From the NCBI GenBank assembly GCA_023898345.1, contig CP060218.1:767777-831776 (forward strand): 64,000 nt of DNA, in the 5' to 3' direction. The position numbers and the translations under genes are program-made. Every line of letters begins with the position of its first letter. Positions within the stretch are counted from its first letter, which is position 1. Below the pieces are notes generated by a model. That model made no database searches and was not told the origin of the DNA. It saw only the letters and a program-made list of their open reading frames with translations. The DNA is from Candidatus Woesearchaeota archaeon. GTDB lineage: Archaea > Nanobdellota > Nanobdellia > Woesearchaeales > UBA583. This document shows positions 41,185 through 52,000 of this stretch, piece by piece.

Positions 41185-41586
41185 TTAAGTTATAATAATT
41201 TCAAACTCACTACTGTAATAGTTGGCTGTCTTGATAATTACTGGGTATGCGGTTACATTGTGCAAGGAGGCAGTGCACCCATTAAGAGAAATATAATATG
41301 TTCCAAGTGTCGACAAATTTTCGGGACTGGAAAGACATTCAATATGATCAATTGTTATCGATTCAACAAGCACATTAACATTAAGAGAATTTTTCAAAGT
41401 AAGAACATTATTCTTTATACTTTCAACTTCAAGTTTTCCTCGGGCATTCTCGCGATTAGTTTCTTTCAGAACTGTCCCTTCAAAATCAGAATACTGCATT
41501 TTGAGAAGAAGGAAGGAAAAAGAAACTATCAGAAGAAGAAGGAGCATTCCTACGACAGGTAAAACTCCCTTACGTGTAACTTCCAT
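41185..41586 (-). CDS. Membrane-anchored protein, possibly archaeal type IV pilin-like
   Basis: N-terminal RKG followed by a hydrophobic stretch resembles a class III signal peptide; weak. Confidence 0.3.
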   Translation of the reverse strand: MEVTRKGVLPVVGMLLLLLIVSFSFLLLKMQYSDFEGTVLKETNRENARGKLEVESIKNNVLTLKNSLNVNVLVESITIDHIECLSSPENLSTLGTYYISLNGCTASLHNVTAYPVIIKTANYYSSEFEIIIT

Positions 41587-41678
41587 TTTGTTGTTTGGAT
41601 CTTTTTTGCTTTAAGTTGTTTTTTCTCTACCTCACAGTCCCAACAAAAACACATAAGAGTAAGTCTTTCAAAAAAACT

Positions 41679-44261
41679 ATGTTAAAAATAGAGAAGATAA
41701 GCCCCAGCGTCAAACTTATTTCGGCTCTCGACCCAAACCTCCAAGTCTTTGACATCATCATGCATACAAAGTGTGGAAGTACATACAATTCCTACATCAT
41801 CGACGGAGGAGACGAACTTGCCCTCATTGACAGCGCCAAAGAACAGTACATTGATGAATACTTCAAAGAACTCGAGGCAATGTGCGACATAAGAAAAATA
41901 AAATATCTTATCGCGAATCACACAGAGCCAGATCACAGCGGAGAAATGGAAAAACTGCTCTCCTACATGCCATGGCTCACCATTGTCGGCACAGCAACAG
42001 CAATCTCCTTCCTCAAAGACATCACAAACAAAGACTTTACAAGTATAGAAGTAAAAGAAAACACCAGTTTGAAAGTCGGCAACAAAACACTTTCTTTTTT
42101 CATTGTCCCCTACCTTCATTGGCCAGATTCCATGTTCACATATCTTGAAGAGGAAAATCTTCTTTTTACTTGCGACGTGTTCGGAGCTCACTACCACACA
42201 ACGCAAGTCTACGACGACAAAGTAGAAAGCCAAGCTGACTATGACGAAGCATTTCGTTACTACTACGATTGTATTTTTGCTCCTTTCAAATCCTATGTTC
42301 TCAAAGCATTAAAACAACTGCACAACAAGAGTTTTGCTCTTCTTTGTCCTTCGCACGGCCCCATCATTCGCAAAAACAAAGATCTTGTACGTTCCCTCTA
42401 TTACGAGTGGTCTGTTGAAGAAGAACTTGATTTGAACTCCTGCGCCATTGTGTACACCTCCGCTTACGGTTACACAAAAGAAATGGCAGTTCTGCTTTCT
42501 GAGGAAATGCAAAAAAAAGGTTTTCGTACAAGTCTCTTTGATTTAGTTAGTGATTCCATGGAAGAGGCCATTCAAAAAACCCATAGTTCTGGCGCGCTTC
42601 TTGTAGGAAGCCCAACCATAAATTGCGATCTTGTGGAACCCATTCAAGAATTTTTACAAAAACTAAGTCCTTACAAGTGCGCGACAAAGTTAACGGGAGC
42701 CTTTGGAAGTTATGGCTGGAGTGGAGAAGCTGTTTCCATCATGGAAGCAAGACTTGCACAACTGAAAAGCGAAGTGTATCGTCCGGGCATTAAAATAAAA
42801 TTCAATCCAAACTCTCCCGATAAAGAAGCACTTGTACGAACTTATGGCGAACGCTTTGCAGAAAAACTTCATTCTTTTAACAAGCTTGCAAAAAAAGCAC
42901 AATGGACACAGTTCACTGTTGGGAAATGGCGCTGCTTAGTTTGTTCAGAAATTTTTGAGGGAGACCAACCTCCCCAAGTTTGTCCTGCCTGTGGAGCTCC
43001 ACAAGATCAGTTCATAAAAATTGAAAGTACGCAACACCAGTTTATCTCGGAGAAAGAAGAACACTTAGTTATCATCGGGGCTGGAATTGCAGGAATAAGT
43101 GCAGCACAAGGTGCCAGAAAAACAAATCCAAAAGCTCACATCACCATTATTAGTGAAGAAGAGGAAGAACCATATTACAGAATTTTACTTTCCAAAAAAA
43201 TTGGGGAGGCACTTGACGCACCACTGCAAAAAAAAGAATGGTTTGAAAAAAATAATATCTCTCTAATCCTAGGAAGAAAAGCAGAAAAAATAGATATAAA
43301 CACAAAAATAATAACACTCAACGACAAAGAAGAGCTTCCTTACACAAAGCTAATTTTGGCGATGGGCGCAGGAGCAAATTGCATTTTGCCACAGGGAAAA
43401 AATATCGACAATGTTTTTACTCTGCGAAATAAAAAAGATTTTGACAGTATTAATAAAGCACTAACAGAGAACACAGACAAACATGCTGTTGTTATCGGAG
43501 GGGGAATCCTCGGAGTCGAAATGGCACTTGGTCTTAAAAAACAAAATTATTCTGTCTGTATTGTCGAACTAGCGCCAAGACTTATGACTAGACAACTTGA
43601 TGAAACTGCTTCTCAACTTTTAGAAAAAAATCTCCGTGAACAACAAATTGAAATATTCACATCAGAGAAAATAAAACTCTTTCATACAGATGCGCAAAAC
43701 AAGCTTTGTTCTGTAGAACTGGAAAGTGGAAAGGTTCTGACGTGTTCGCTTGCAATAGAATCTTTGGGAGTTTGTCCGAACACTTTGCTTGCGATCGATG
43801 CCGGCATCACAGTACAAAGAGGAATTGTCGTTGATGAAAGAATGCAGACAAGTAAAGAAGATATTTTTGCATGCGGTGACATTGCCCAAATAAACGGAGT
43901 TTGTGTTGGATTGTGGGGCGTAGCACTTGAACAAGGCAAAGTTGCAGGGGCTTGCGCAATGGGCGATGAGAACGCTTTTTACCACCAAAAAATACTTGCA
44001 ACAACGGTTAACATTAATGGCTACCATATTTTTTCTCTTGGCGATCTGGGACAAAAATATCCTTCCTTAGAATACCAAACTCTTTCTCTAAGCGATCCGC
44101 AAAAAAAAGTTTATCGAAAGTTTTACTTCAGGGAGGACCAGTTTGTCGGCGGCATTCTTATGGGCGAGACATCCAAAGCGACGCAGCTACACATTGCACT
44201 CGAACGTAGCTCCACTATGCAAAGCTTTCTGGACGCGCATTTTCTGAACGAGAGCGAGTGA
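41679..44261 (+). CDS. Flavodiiron protein fused to rubredoxin and NAD(P)H:rubredoxin oxidoreductase domains (class F-like)
   Basis: Metallo-beta-lactamase-like HxExDH region, flavodoxin-like middle, rubredoxin CxxC...CPACG, FAD/NAD folds IIGAGIAG and VVIGGGILG; ATG 41679 preferred. Confidence 0.75.
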   Translation: MLKIEKISPSVKLISALDPNLQVFDIIMHTKCGSTYNSYIIDGGDELALIDSAKEQYIDEYFKELEAMCDIRKIKYLIANHTEPDHSGEMEKLLSYMPWLTIVGTATAISFLKDITNKDFTSIEVKENTSLKVGNKTLSFFIVPYLHWPDSMFTYLEEENLLFTCDVFGAHYHTTQVYDDKVESQADYDEAFRYYYDCIFAPFKSYVLKALKQLHNKSFALLCPSHGPIIRKNKDLVRSLYYEWSVEEELDLNSCAIVYTSAYGYTKEMAVLLSEEMQKKGFRTSLFDLVSDSMEEAIQKTHSSGALLVGSPTINCDLVEPIQEFLQKLSPYKCATKLTGAFGSYGWSGEAVSIMEARLAQLKSEVYRPGIKIKFNPNSPDKEALVRTYGERFAEKLHSFNKLAKKAQWTQFTVGKWRCLVCSEIFEGDQPPQVCPACGAPQDQFIKIESTQHQFISEKEEHLVIIGAGIAGISAAQGARKTNPKAHITIISEEEEEPYYRILLSKKIGEALDAPLQKKEWFEKNNISLILGRKAEKIDINTKIITLNDKEELPYTKLILAMGAGANCILPQGKNIDNVFTLRNKKDFDSINKALTENTDKHAVVIGGGILGVEMALGLKKQNYSVCIVELAPRLMTRQLDETASQLLEKNLREQQIEIFTSEKIKLFHTDAQNKLCSVELESGKVLTCSLAIESLGVCPNTLLAIDAGITVQRGIVVDERMQTSKEDIFACGDIAQINGVCVGLWGVALEQGKVAGACAMGDENAFYHQKILATTVNINGYHIFSLGDLGQKYPSLEYQTLSLSDPQKKVYRKFYFREDQFVGGILMGETSKATQLHIALERSSTMQSFLDAHFLNESE

Positions 44262-44369
44262 GCTTTCTTCAATGAAATACCAGACCAAGAAAGCTTTGAA
44301 AAAATTATAGCTTAATCTTTATAGATTTAAACCTAAACTATATAAAATATTCGGGCCCACAAAAAGAAA

Positions 44370-47300
44370 GTGAAAAAAATCTTACTTTTCTTAATCACAA
44401 CCCTCTGTACATTAACAAGCATTTTTGGAATCAGCACCCTTACAAGTTGCCAAACAATAAATGAATCAGGAGAATACATTCTTGAAAATACAAGCACCTA
44501 TTTTTCAGGAGAAGACAAGCCTTGTTTTACTATTAACTCCAATAACATTTCTTTAGACTGTAATGGAGAAACAATCTTAGGAAGTAACCTTAACTCAGGA
44601 ATTCTCATTAATGCTGTACAAAATATTACGATTAACAGTTGTAAAATTTCAAACTTCACGAAAGGACTTACACTCCAAAATTCAAATTATTCCACCATTA
44701 ATCGTGTAGAGAGCTCTAACACAGATACAGGAATTTTCATCATAAATTCAAACGAAATACTCATTTCTCGTTCCACCATAAAAAAAACAAACACCTCTCT
44801 TCAGATAGACAACACCACATCACTACTCATTCTTGATTTTTTTACTCAAGAAATAAAGAAGGGATTAGCTATCTCAAACTCAATTTCTCCCTTGATAGAG
44901 AATTTTGTCGTTCTAGAAGCCGACAAAGGAGCAACAATAACAAATACTAAAAATCTTTCACTCAAGTTCTTTATTGCTGAGAAAACAGGAACTGGACTGT
45001 ATGTCGAAAATGTAACTCTCTCAAATTTCTCTTCTGTATTTTTCGAAAATATTTCAAACATTGCATTCATAGTAAATAAATCCTCTAAAAATCTTCTCAA
45101 TTACAGTATCAGTTATGCAGCAAATAATGGTTTTTTATTCCAGAATTCAAACAACAACACTATTACAAATATTTCATTTTTAGAAACTTCTAATCTTAGC
45201 TGGACAGTTTATTTTTCAAATTCGGCAGATAATATTTTTTTTGCAAACGATTTACAAACAAAAAATAAAATTATTCGTACTAATAATGAATCTCAAAATA
45301 TTTGGACTTATTCAGTAAACGGGACATCTTATGGAAACTATTGGGACGATTTTCTTTGTTTCTCTTATGAAAATGAGAGCAATGCAAAAGCATGTACAAA
45401 TCCCTCTGTTTATTTAATCTCAACTTCAGAACAAGACATTGCCCCACAAACTAAACAAAATAAAAAGAATGCGTTTTTACTTACTGAATACAGTCGGCAT
45501 CCTTTGAACTACAATAAAAGCCTCGAAAGTATTTTTGATTCTATAACTTACCAAAATTCAGCTTCTTTGGCTTATAATACATGGAATAGTTTAAGTGGAA
45601 ATTTAAGTGGAGAAATAAAGCAGAATCTTACTTTAGATAATGGCAAGTTTACCATTCTAAATACTTCTGAAAAAATCCAAAAGGGACTATACTACAATGC
45701 ATCAGAAGAATTTCTGTCATACAAAATAGAAATCTCAAATCTTAACTTTACTAAAAATTTTGAAAATGAAAATAAAGCAAAAATAAATATTATTGGAACT
45801 CCAATAATGCTGCTTGGTAAACAATATGCCATCTTACAATTTAAGAATCAAAGTTCTTTTTTCAATTCCCTTACAATTGGAGAAGCCAAAGGAAAAATTT
45901 TCATTACAGAAAACTCAATTCAAACTCTAAACCTTAAAAACTCCCAAGTAAATATAAGCCTGATTACGGTATCAGAAAAAAATAAAGTACTTGCAAAAAT
46001 TAATGAGCAGTATATTTTTTTCAACCTCTATGAAACTTTAGAAATCGACAATTATTATTTCACACTAGCATCACTCCGTTTAGCTGAAACCGAGAATGAA
46101 AAAACAGTGGCAGAGTTTATTATTTCAGACAAAATCATAGAATTAAACGATTCTCAATACGTTAAAGTAAATGGTTACGAACTTAATGAAACAAATTTTG
46201 AAACTAATTATATTGTTACTTCAAATTTTTCAGAGGAACTTTCCCAAATTGATATAAAATATTATGTAAAAAATGAAACCTTCCTCTCTGAAAATCAAAG
46301 CTTAGAAGACATTGTTTTTTCCTCCTTTGCAATTAGCTATGAAGGAATAAACCCTCTAACATACTCGACTTTAGACATAACAACAACAAATTCCACAATC
46401 AATTTTAATGGGACATTCAAAAATAATATACAAATCCCAAATGAAATCACCTTAATAACAAACAGTTCAGAAAACTCTCCTCTCTATTTAGGAACAAGTT
46501 CAAAACGAGTATATCATCAAGGATCAGATTTAATAAATATACCTCTCCTATTTCAAGAAAATTCATTAAGGGGTATAGAATATCTTGGAGGCACCACTAT
46601 TGGATTTAATATCACAACACTACCAACAGACATTCCAGAAAACCTCATCCTATTTAGACTCTACGATCAAGACGAATTTTATCTGTACAAAATAAATTCC
46701 ATTAACACTACAAACAAAACGATAAATTTTAGTGAAATTTTGACTTCCCGCTCAACAACATTAAACATAGGTGAACTTGAAAATCAACTCATCCCTAACC
46801 TCAGTCCTGGAACAATTTTCAATAACTCTGACACATTCTTTCTTAATCTTTCAAATTTAGGAAATCCAGATTTGCCACTCACTAATTTTTTCTATGTGAA
46901 TTTTCTTGAATCTGAAACTGAAAACTTTAATTCAACAACAAAAACAGCCTTTCTTAACTTTAGTTATGACTTAAATAAGATTAGCCTAGATGAAAACTCC
47001 CCGAAACCAGATGACTTTTTTCTCTCTTTTTTAAGAGCAGAAAATTCTTCTGAGAATATTACTTGTTATATTGAAAATCCAAATCTTTTCCTCTTTCAGA
47101 AAAAATTTAACAACGGAACAGAATATGAATCTTACATTGATAACTACGGCACAGAGATTTTTATTAACTCATTAAAAAAAGATACTGTAAGACTTAACAT
47201 CCCAGAAAAAGAAGTTCAAGCAGTAGTGACCCTGTATTTTGGGGAAGAAAACACAACACAAGTAAAAGAAATCTTTCCTACTCCTAATACTTCGCTACTC

Positions 47301-49607
47301 AGTTCAAACAAAGTAAATACTTCTTGGTATCTCCTGTGTAAAGAAAATTGTACTCTTGATTCCTTCGCCATCTTTGTAATAGAAGAAAATCTCACCAATA
47401 CTCCTCGAAACTTAAATATTTTTTATTCTGCAAATCAACTTTCACCAAAGCTCCTAGAAATTTCTTTTGATACCTCCTATCTTCAGGGTTATCATTACAT
47501 TATTGCCAACCTTAATTTAAGCAATGGAAGTCAAGAAGTATTTACAGAATATTATTTTAATACTTATGAATATAATCTCACAAGTCTAAAAAACAAGATT
47601 CTTTCAGACGAAAATTTACTTCTAAATGTCTCTTTTGTTTATGAGCCAGTTAAAGAGATTTTCAATCCAGATAATAGAACATATTTTCTTTTATCATACT
47701 ATAACCTAACAACTCAAAATTATGAACATGTTAAATTTGGAAGTTATGAAATTCCCATAAGCAAATCCGGGGTTTATAATTTCACCCTTTTAGGATATCC
47801 TGATTCCTATCCAAAGCTAGGAAACTATTCTCTTTCCCTATTTACAAAAGATGCAAACCAAAAAGAAAAGCTTCAGTTTTCTGTGTATGAAAGAGCACCA
47901 AAAATAACTTCCATATCATTAGCAAATAATTCAGTAATCTCCTCTTCAAATCGAGGAGTCAAACTCATCCTCGGTTTTGATTCAAAAGTTTACAATCTCA
48001 GTTATCAAAATCTTGTTACGGGAAAAAACTATACTTTCTATAGCGAGAACCCCACTGAAATATGGAATATTAGTTTACTGTCAAACATAGGGGTGAATGT
48101 TCTAAATTTAACATTTGCGAATAAATATGGCCTCAAAAATTCCACCGTCCTAAATTACACACTAGTTTTAAATTTAAATGGAAGCAGTAATGATTCAGAT
48201 GGAGATGGAATTAATAACTCCGACGACAAAGTTTTTGGGAATAACTCAAACATTTATACAAATATAGAAAACCTTTCCTTACGAATAAACAATAGTGAAA
48301 ATATCAGCAAGATATTTAATTCTTCTTTAAACATAAGCCTATTTCGAGAAAATAGAAAAATTATAGAATTTGAAAAGAATTTTGCTAATGCTACAATAAA
48401 TTTAACAGAACTTGTAATAAGAGACACCAGAGAAGATAATCACTCCAGACTACTCATTTCAGGAATTGAACTCGAAGATAAAACAAAAAATCTCTATTTC
48501 GATTTACTAGGCGATACTGGCAAATTTGCATCTCTTTGCATAAAAGATGAAGACATTGAAGACTTCTCCGAAATGTCAATAAACTGTACCGGTTCAAATG
48601 AACTATATATTGCAGAAATCCCTTCGATAGTTGGAAACTATACCATTTCATACATAAATGCTTCAAATTCAACTGTTGAAATAACTGGTTTGTCTCACAG
48701 TGCTGTCAGCCAAGTTTGTACTGAGAACTGGACATATTCGGTTTGGTCTCCTTGCACAAACACTGTTCAAACACGAACAGCCACAGATTCAAACGCATGT
48801 GGTACAACAAACTCGCGAGAAAACTTAACACAAAGCTGTTCAGAAAGCAGTTCTGGAGGAGGAGGTACAAGCAGTTCTTCAAGTTCTCAAAAAAAAGAAA
48901 CTCCAGAGGATTCTAGTCAAAATGTAGAAAAAAATATGTTAAATCTCCCACCTAAATTTCAAGAACACTTTCAACTTTTAGTAAATGAAAATTCAAATCT
49001 TAATAAGAACTTAACAGGAATCAAAAAAATAACAATAAAAGAGAAGTCCTCAAATAAAACTATTCTCGAATTTGAGTTTAATTTTTCTTCAAGATTTCTT
49101 AATCTAAGCACAATAGAAATCCAGAAAGGAAAGCAAAGAGACAAAAACTACATAATAATTAAGGGCATAGAGTTATTCGGAGAAACAAAGATTCTTCACT
49201 TAAAAAGAAACAAAAACTCCTCTTTTGTTTGCATAAAAGATGAAGAGATTTCCTCCATATCAGAAATTTCTGAACAATGTGATGAAAAAAGTGAGTATTT
49301 TCTTCCCTGTGATTCTAGAGAATATGGAGGATATATGTGTAGAATAGAGACAGAAGAGTTTGTCATCTCAGGTTTACGACATAGTGCTGTACTTGAGAAA
49401 GAAAACCCAATAATAACCACAGAAGAAAAGGCAATTCAAGAAAAACAAATAGAAGTAAACAAAACAGTAACAGATCTTACTCCTGAAGTTGATAAAGTAG
49501 AGGATAAATCTCGAAAAATGCAATTAATCTTGTATTTAATTGGGGGAAGTATTCTGACTATTGGATTACTTGTAGTAATAATTTTACTCATCGTTAGAAA
49601 AAAATAA
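44370..49607 (+). CDS. Giant surface protein (1745 aa): signal peptide, parallel beta-helix-like repeats, C-terminal TM anchor
   Basis: N-terminal signal, repeated N.T/S-rich beta-helix-like segments, internal duplicated domain, C-terminal hydrophobic helix then RKK. Confidence 0.6.
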   Translation: MKKILLFLITTLCTLTSIFGISTLTSCQTINESGEYILENTSTYFSGEDKPCFTINSNNISLDCNGETILGSNLNSGILINAVQNITINSCKISNFTKGLTLQNSNYSTINRVESSNTDTGIFIINSNEILISRSTIKKTNTSLQIDNTTSLLILDFFTQEIKKGLAISNSISPLIENFVVLEADKGATITNTKNLSLKFFIAEKTGTGLYVENVTLSNFSSVFFENISNIAFIVNKSSKNLLNYSISYAANNGFLFQNSNNNTITNISFLETSNLSWTVYFSNSADNIFFANDLQTKNKIIRTNNESQNIWTYSVNGTSYGNYWDDFLCFSYENESNAKACTNPSVYLISTSEQDIAPQTKQNKKNAFLLTEYSRHPLNYNKSLESIFDSITYQNSASLAYNTWNSLSGNLSGEIKQNLTLDNGKFTILNTSEKIQKGLYYNASEEFLSYKIEISNLNFTKNFENENKAKINIIGTPIMLLGKQYAILQFKNQSSFFNSLTIGEAKGKIFITENSIQTLNLKNSQVNISLITVSEKNKVLAKINEQYIFFNLYETLEIDNYYFTLASLRLAETENEKTVAEFIISDKIIELNDSQYVKVNGYELNETNFETNYIVTSNFSEELSQIDIKYYVKNETFLSENQSLEDIVFSSFAISYEGINPLTYSTLDITTTNSTINFNGTFKNNIQIPNEITLITNSSENSPLYLGTSSKRVYHQGSDLINIPLLFQENSLRGIEYLGGTTIGFNITTLPTDIPENLILFRLYDQDEFYLYKINSINTTNKTINFSEILTSRSTTLNIGELENQLIPNLSPGTIFNNSDTFFLNLSNLGNPDLPLTNFFYVNFLESETENFNSTTKTAFLNFSYDLNKISLDENSPKPDDFFLSFLRAENSSENITCYIENPNLFLFQKKFNNGTEYESYIDNYGTEIFINSLKKDTVRLNIPEKEVQAVVTLYFGEENTTQVKEIFPTPNTSLLSSNKVNTSWYLLCKENCTLDSFAIFVIEENLTNTPRNLNIFYSANQLSPKLLEISFDTSYLQGYHYIIANLNLSNGSQEVFTEYYFNTYEYNLTSLKNKILSDENLLLNVSFVYEPVKEIFNPDNRTYFLLSYYNLTTQNYEHVKFGSYEIPISKSGVYNFTLLGYPDSYPKLGNYSLSLFTKDANQKEKLQFSVYERAPKITSISLANNSVISSSNRGVKLILGFDSKVYNLSYQNLVTGKNYTFYSENPTEIWNISLLSNIGVNVLNLTFANKYGLKNSTVLNYTLVLNLNGSSNDSDGDGINNSDDKVFGNNSNIYTNIENLSLRINNSENISKIFNSSLNISLFRENRKIIEFEKNFANATINLTELVIRDTREDNHSRLLISGIELEDKTKNLYFDLLGDTGKFASLCIKDEDIEDFSEMSINCTGSNELYIAEIPSIVGNYTISYINASNSTVEITGLSHSAVSQVCTENWTYSVWSPCTNTVQTRTATDSNACGTTNSRENLTQSCSESSSGGGGTSSSSSSQKKETPEDSSQNVEKNMLNLPPKFQEHFQLLVNENSNLNKNLTGIKKITIKEKSSNKTILEFEFNFSSRFLNLSTIEIQKGKQRDKNYIIIKGIELFGETKILHLKRNKNSSFVCIKDEEISSISEISEQCDEKSEYFLPCDSREYGGYMCRIETEEFVISGLRHSAVLEKENPIITTEEKAIQEKQIEVNKTVTDLTPEVDKVEDKSRKMQLILYLIGGSILTIGLLVVIILLIVRKK

Positions 49608-49699
49608 CACTCCCCTCAGCTTCTTCTAAATATAAACAAAGGACAAAGGACGGGAGTGACAACATAATTTTAATAAACACTTTTTGTCTGAACTTTCCA

Positions 49700-51994
49700 A
49701 TGGCAACGAAATTCTCTATACTGGGCAATGAAAACTCTGTGTTGTACTACAACTTAAACAAACAGTTTTGCGACATAAGTAAAGTTATTGTGACAAAGGA
49801 AATTCTTCTTGCATCTTTTGAAACAGACACAGTTCGTAACTTGTTTGAGCAACTTAAGGAAACAAAGGATGAAGAATACCTCACGCTTGTACAAGAAGCA
49901 GAAAAAGAAGAACTCTTTGACCAAATGATAAAATCTGAACTCACAAATGCAATCAACGAGAAATTACAAGAGATCTCAGATGTGTACATTGATGTCAAAC
50001 TGAATAATTACAGTTTCATGAACTCTGTCTCGAACAACAAACTGCATCTGACGCTGCGCTGTGAATCTTTCTCTCTCACGCGCTATAATGTTGAAAAAAG
50101 TACTCTTGGTTCAAATATTCGAAAATTACTCCACCTTTATCTTCTGAATAGTGCAAATATTTTCCGCAAAAAATTCATCGACAATATTCAACTAGAAGTA
50201 TATACTGCAATCGACATCCACAAGTGTGTGCTTCTCAAAAAAGAACAAGAATCTCTTCTTCTTAAAGCAGCCTTTGGATATCCTTATCAAGAACCTTTTG
50301 AACATACTGTTGGTGATGAGTTTTATTTTTCAAAAGGTGAAAAATTTACATTTTTTAAAAATAATCAAACACATGCGAATGTTCGTGAGCACAGTTACAT
50401 TACGAATCGTGAAATCCACAGTGCTGAAAAGATTCTCTCTAATCCAGAACTTATTGCAATAAATGAAAAAACTAAAAATATTAGTGATGCTCTTATTGAA
50501 TTAATTATCACAGAAAAAGGAGGCATAAAGATAAATCATATCTCTCCCATGCTTGATCAGTTGTATACAAATTCTGAAAATGGGATTTTGTTTCACAAGG
50601 GAACAAACACGTATACAAAGGTTGCACTTCTGAGTATCAGAGATAAATTAACGGAAGAGACAACAAATCCAAAATATCTCTTTGTGCGAAATAATGAAGA
50701 AACTGAAGAATTGCTTGAGAATTTGCATCTTCTTCAGTATGTTGACGGACTTATTTTTACAAATAACTTTTATGTTCCTCTTTTAGATATTATCGGGCGT
50801 GCAAAAAACATGGACATTTTGTACTATAAGGATGCCTTGAAAAGAAGTTTAGAAGTTGAAATTGATTGGGATAAACTTATCATCCATCAAAAAAACGAAG
50901 AGGCTCAAGCAAATCCTTTTGGGGCAATTTTACAAAAAGAAAAGGAATCTAAAGATGAATTGCTCAATAAACTCAAATCTTTTGACTTGAGTACGCCACC
51001 TCAAGCACAAAGGGAAAGGGCAAATATCGAAAAACTTGCTGAAGGCCTCATTTCTTCTCCGCAATCTAGTACTGCCTCTGCAAACAAAGGAAATGAAGCG
51101 CTCTTCTCAATGGCCAGTCCGAAAAAAGGAGAAAAAGTTTCAGCTTTGGGCATGCTCGCAGCAGCCGCACTTCAAAGAAAACCAGCAGATGAAGAAACCC
51201 CTGCGCTTCAGCAAAAACAGGAAGAAAGTCAGCAAAAACTCCAGTTTTCTGATTTTTCTGAAACTGAAAAGAAAGAAGAATTTTTACAAACTGCACCCAA
51301 GGAAGAGCCTTTTGAAGAAGCAGACCCTTATGATTTTTTTGATGTACCAAAAGATAATCGAACTACCCTTCAAAGTCTCAGTCCACCTGAAGACGAAGAT
51401 GATGAAAGTGAACTTTATGACGAAGTGGAAACTTCTGAACCCGCTCAAAAAATTGATCGTTTTGAAGGAGGAGCTTTGGAGTTACAGCGATATGAACACG
51501 TGCTTGCAACGGAACTTCTAACTACTCTTGAATATGAAAATAAACACTATATTGTGAAGGAAAAAGAAAAACTTCTCGCAAAGAAAGGAAAGCTCTATAT
51601 TATTTGTGATGAGGAACCTGAAGAAAATAATCCTCTACACACGTATATTCTCCCCTTACATTTTGCAGGAAACATTCCCGCCAGAAAGAACCATATTTTT
51701 CTTCTCAAGGATAGCGAAGATTTTTTTCACCTTGATGAAACTGAAATAGATACAAATTATATGCTCAATCTTAATGGTATTCGTGAAGAAAGTAAGGAAC
51801 ACTTTTTACGAGCATGTATTGAAAAGATGGGAACTCTCTCCCTCATTGCCTCACGCTCTGACCTTGCACTCGTTGAAAAAAATATTAATGCCATCACGAG
51901 ACTTTATCTTAAAGACCTTGAAACACAAGAGGAAATAGAAGAAATAAAAGAAGACCTACTAGCCTTTGAAAAGCGCTTCCTTATGAGAGAGTAA
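49700..51994 (+). CDS. Hypothetical protein (764 aa) with acidic low-complexity region
   Basis: ORF only. Confidence 0.4.
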   Translation: MATKFSILGNENSVLYYNLNKQFCDISKVIVTKEILLASFETDTVRNLFEQLKETKDEEYLTLVQEAEKEELFDQMIKSELTNAINEKLQEISDVYIDVKLNNYSFMNSVSNNKLHLTLRCESFSLTRYNVEKSTLGSNIRKLLHLYLLNSANIFRKKFIDNIQLEVYTAIDIHKCVLLKKEQESLLLKAAFGYPYQEPFEHTVGDEFYFSKGEKFTFFKNNQTHANVREHSYITNREIHSAEKILSNPELIAINEKTKNISDALIELIITEKGGIKINHISPMLDQLYTNSENGILFHKGTNTYTKVALLSIRDKLTEETTNPKYLFVRNNEETEELLENLHLLQYVDGLIFTNNFYVPLLDIIGRAKNMDILYYKDALKRSLEVEIDWDKLIIHQKNEEAQANPFGAILQKEKESKDELLNKLKSFDLSTPPQAQRERANIEKLAEGLISSPQSSTASANKGNEALFSMASPKKGEKVSALGMLAAAALQRKPADEETPALQQKQEESQQKLQFSDFSETEKKEEFLQTAPKEEPFEEADPYDFFDVPKDNRTTLQSLSPPEDEDDESELYDEVETSEPAQKIDRFEGGALELQRYEHVLATELLTTLEYENKHYIVKEKEKLLAKKGKLYIICDEEPEENNPLHTYILPLHFAGNIPARKNHIFLLKDSEDFFHLDETEIDTNYMLNLNGIREESKEHFLRACIEKMGTLSLIASRSDLALVEKNINAITRLYLKDLETQEEIEEIKEDLLAFEKRFLMRE

Positions 51995-52000
51995 AGAAAA

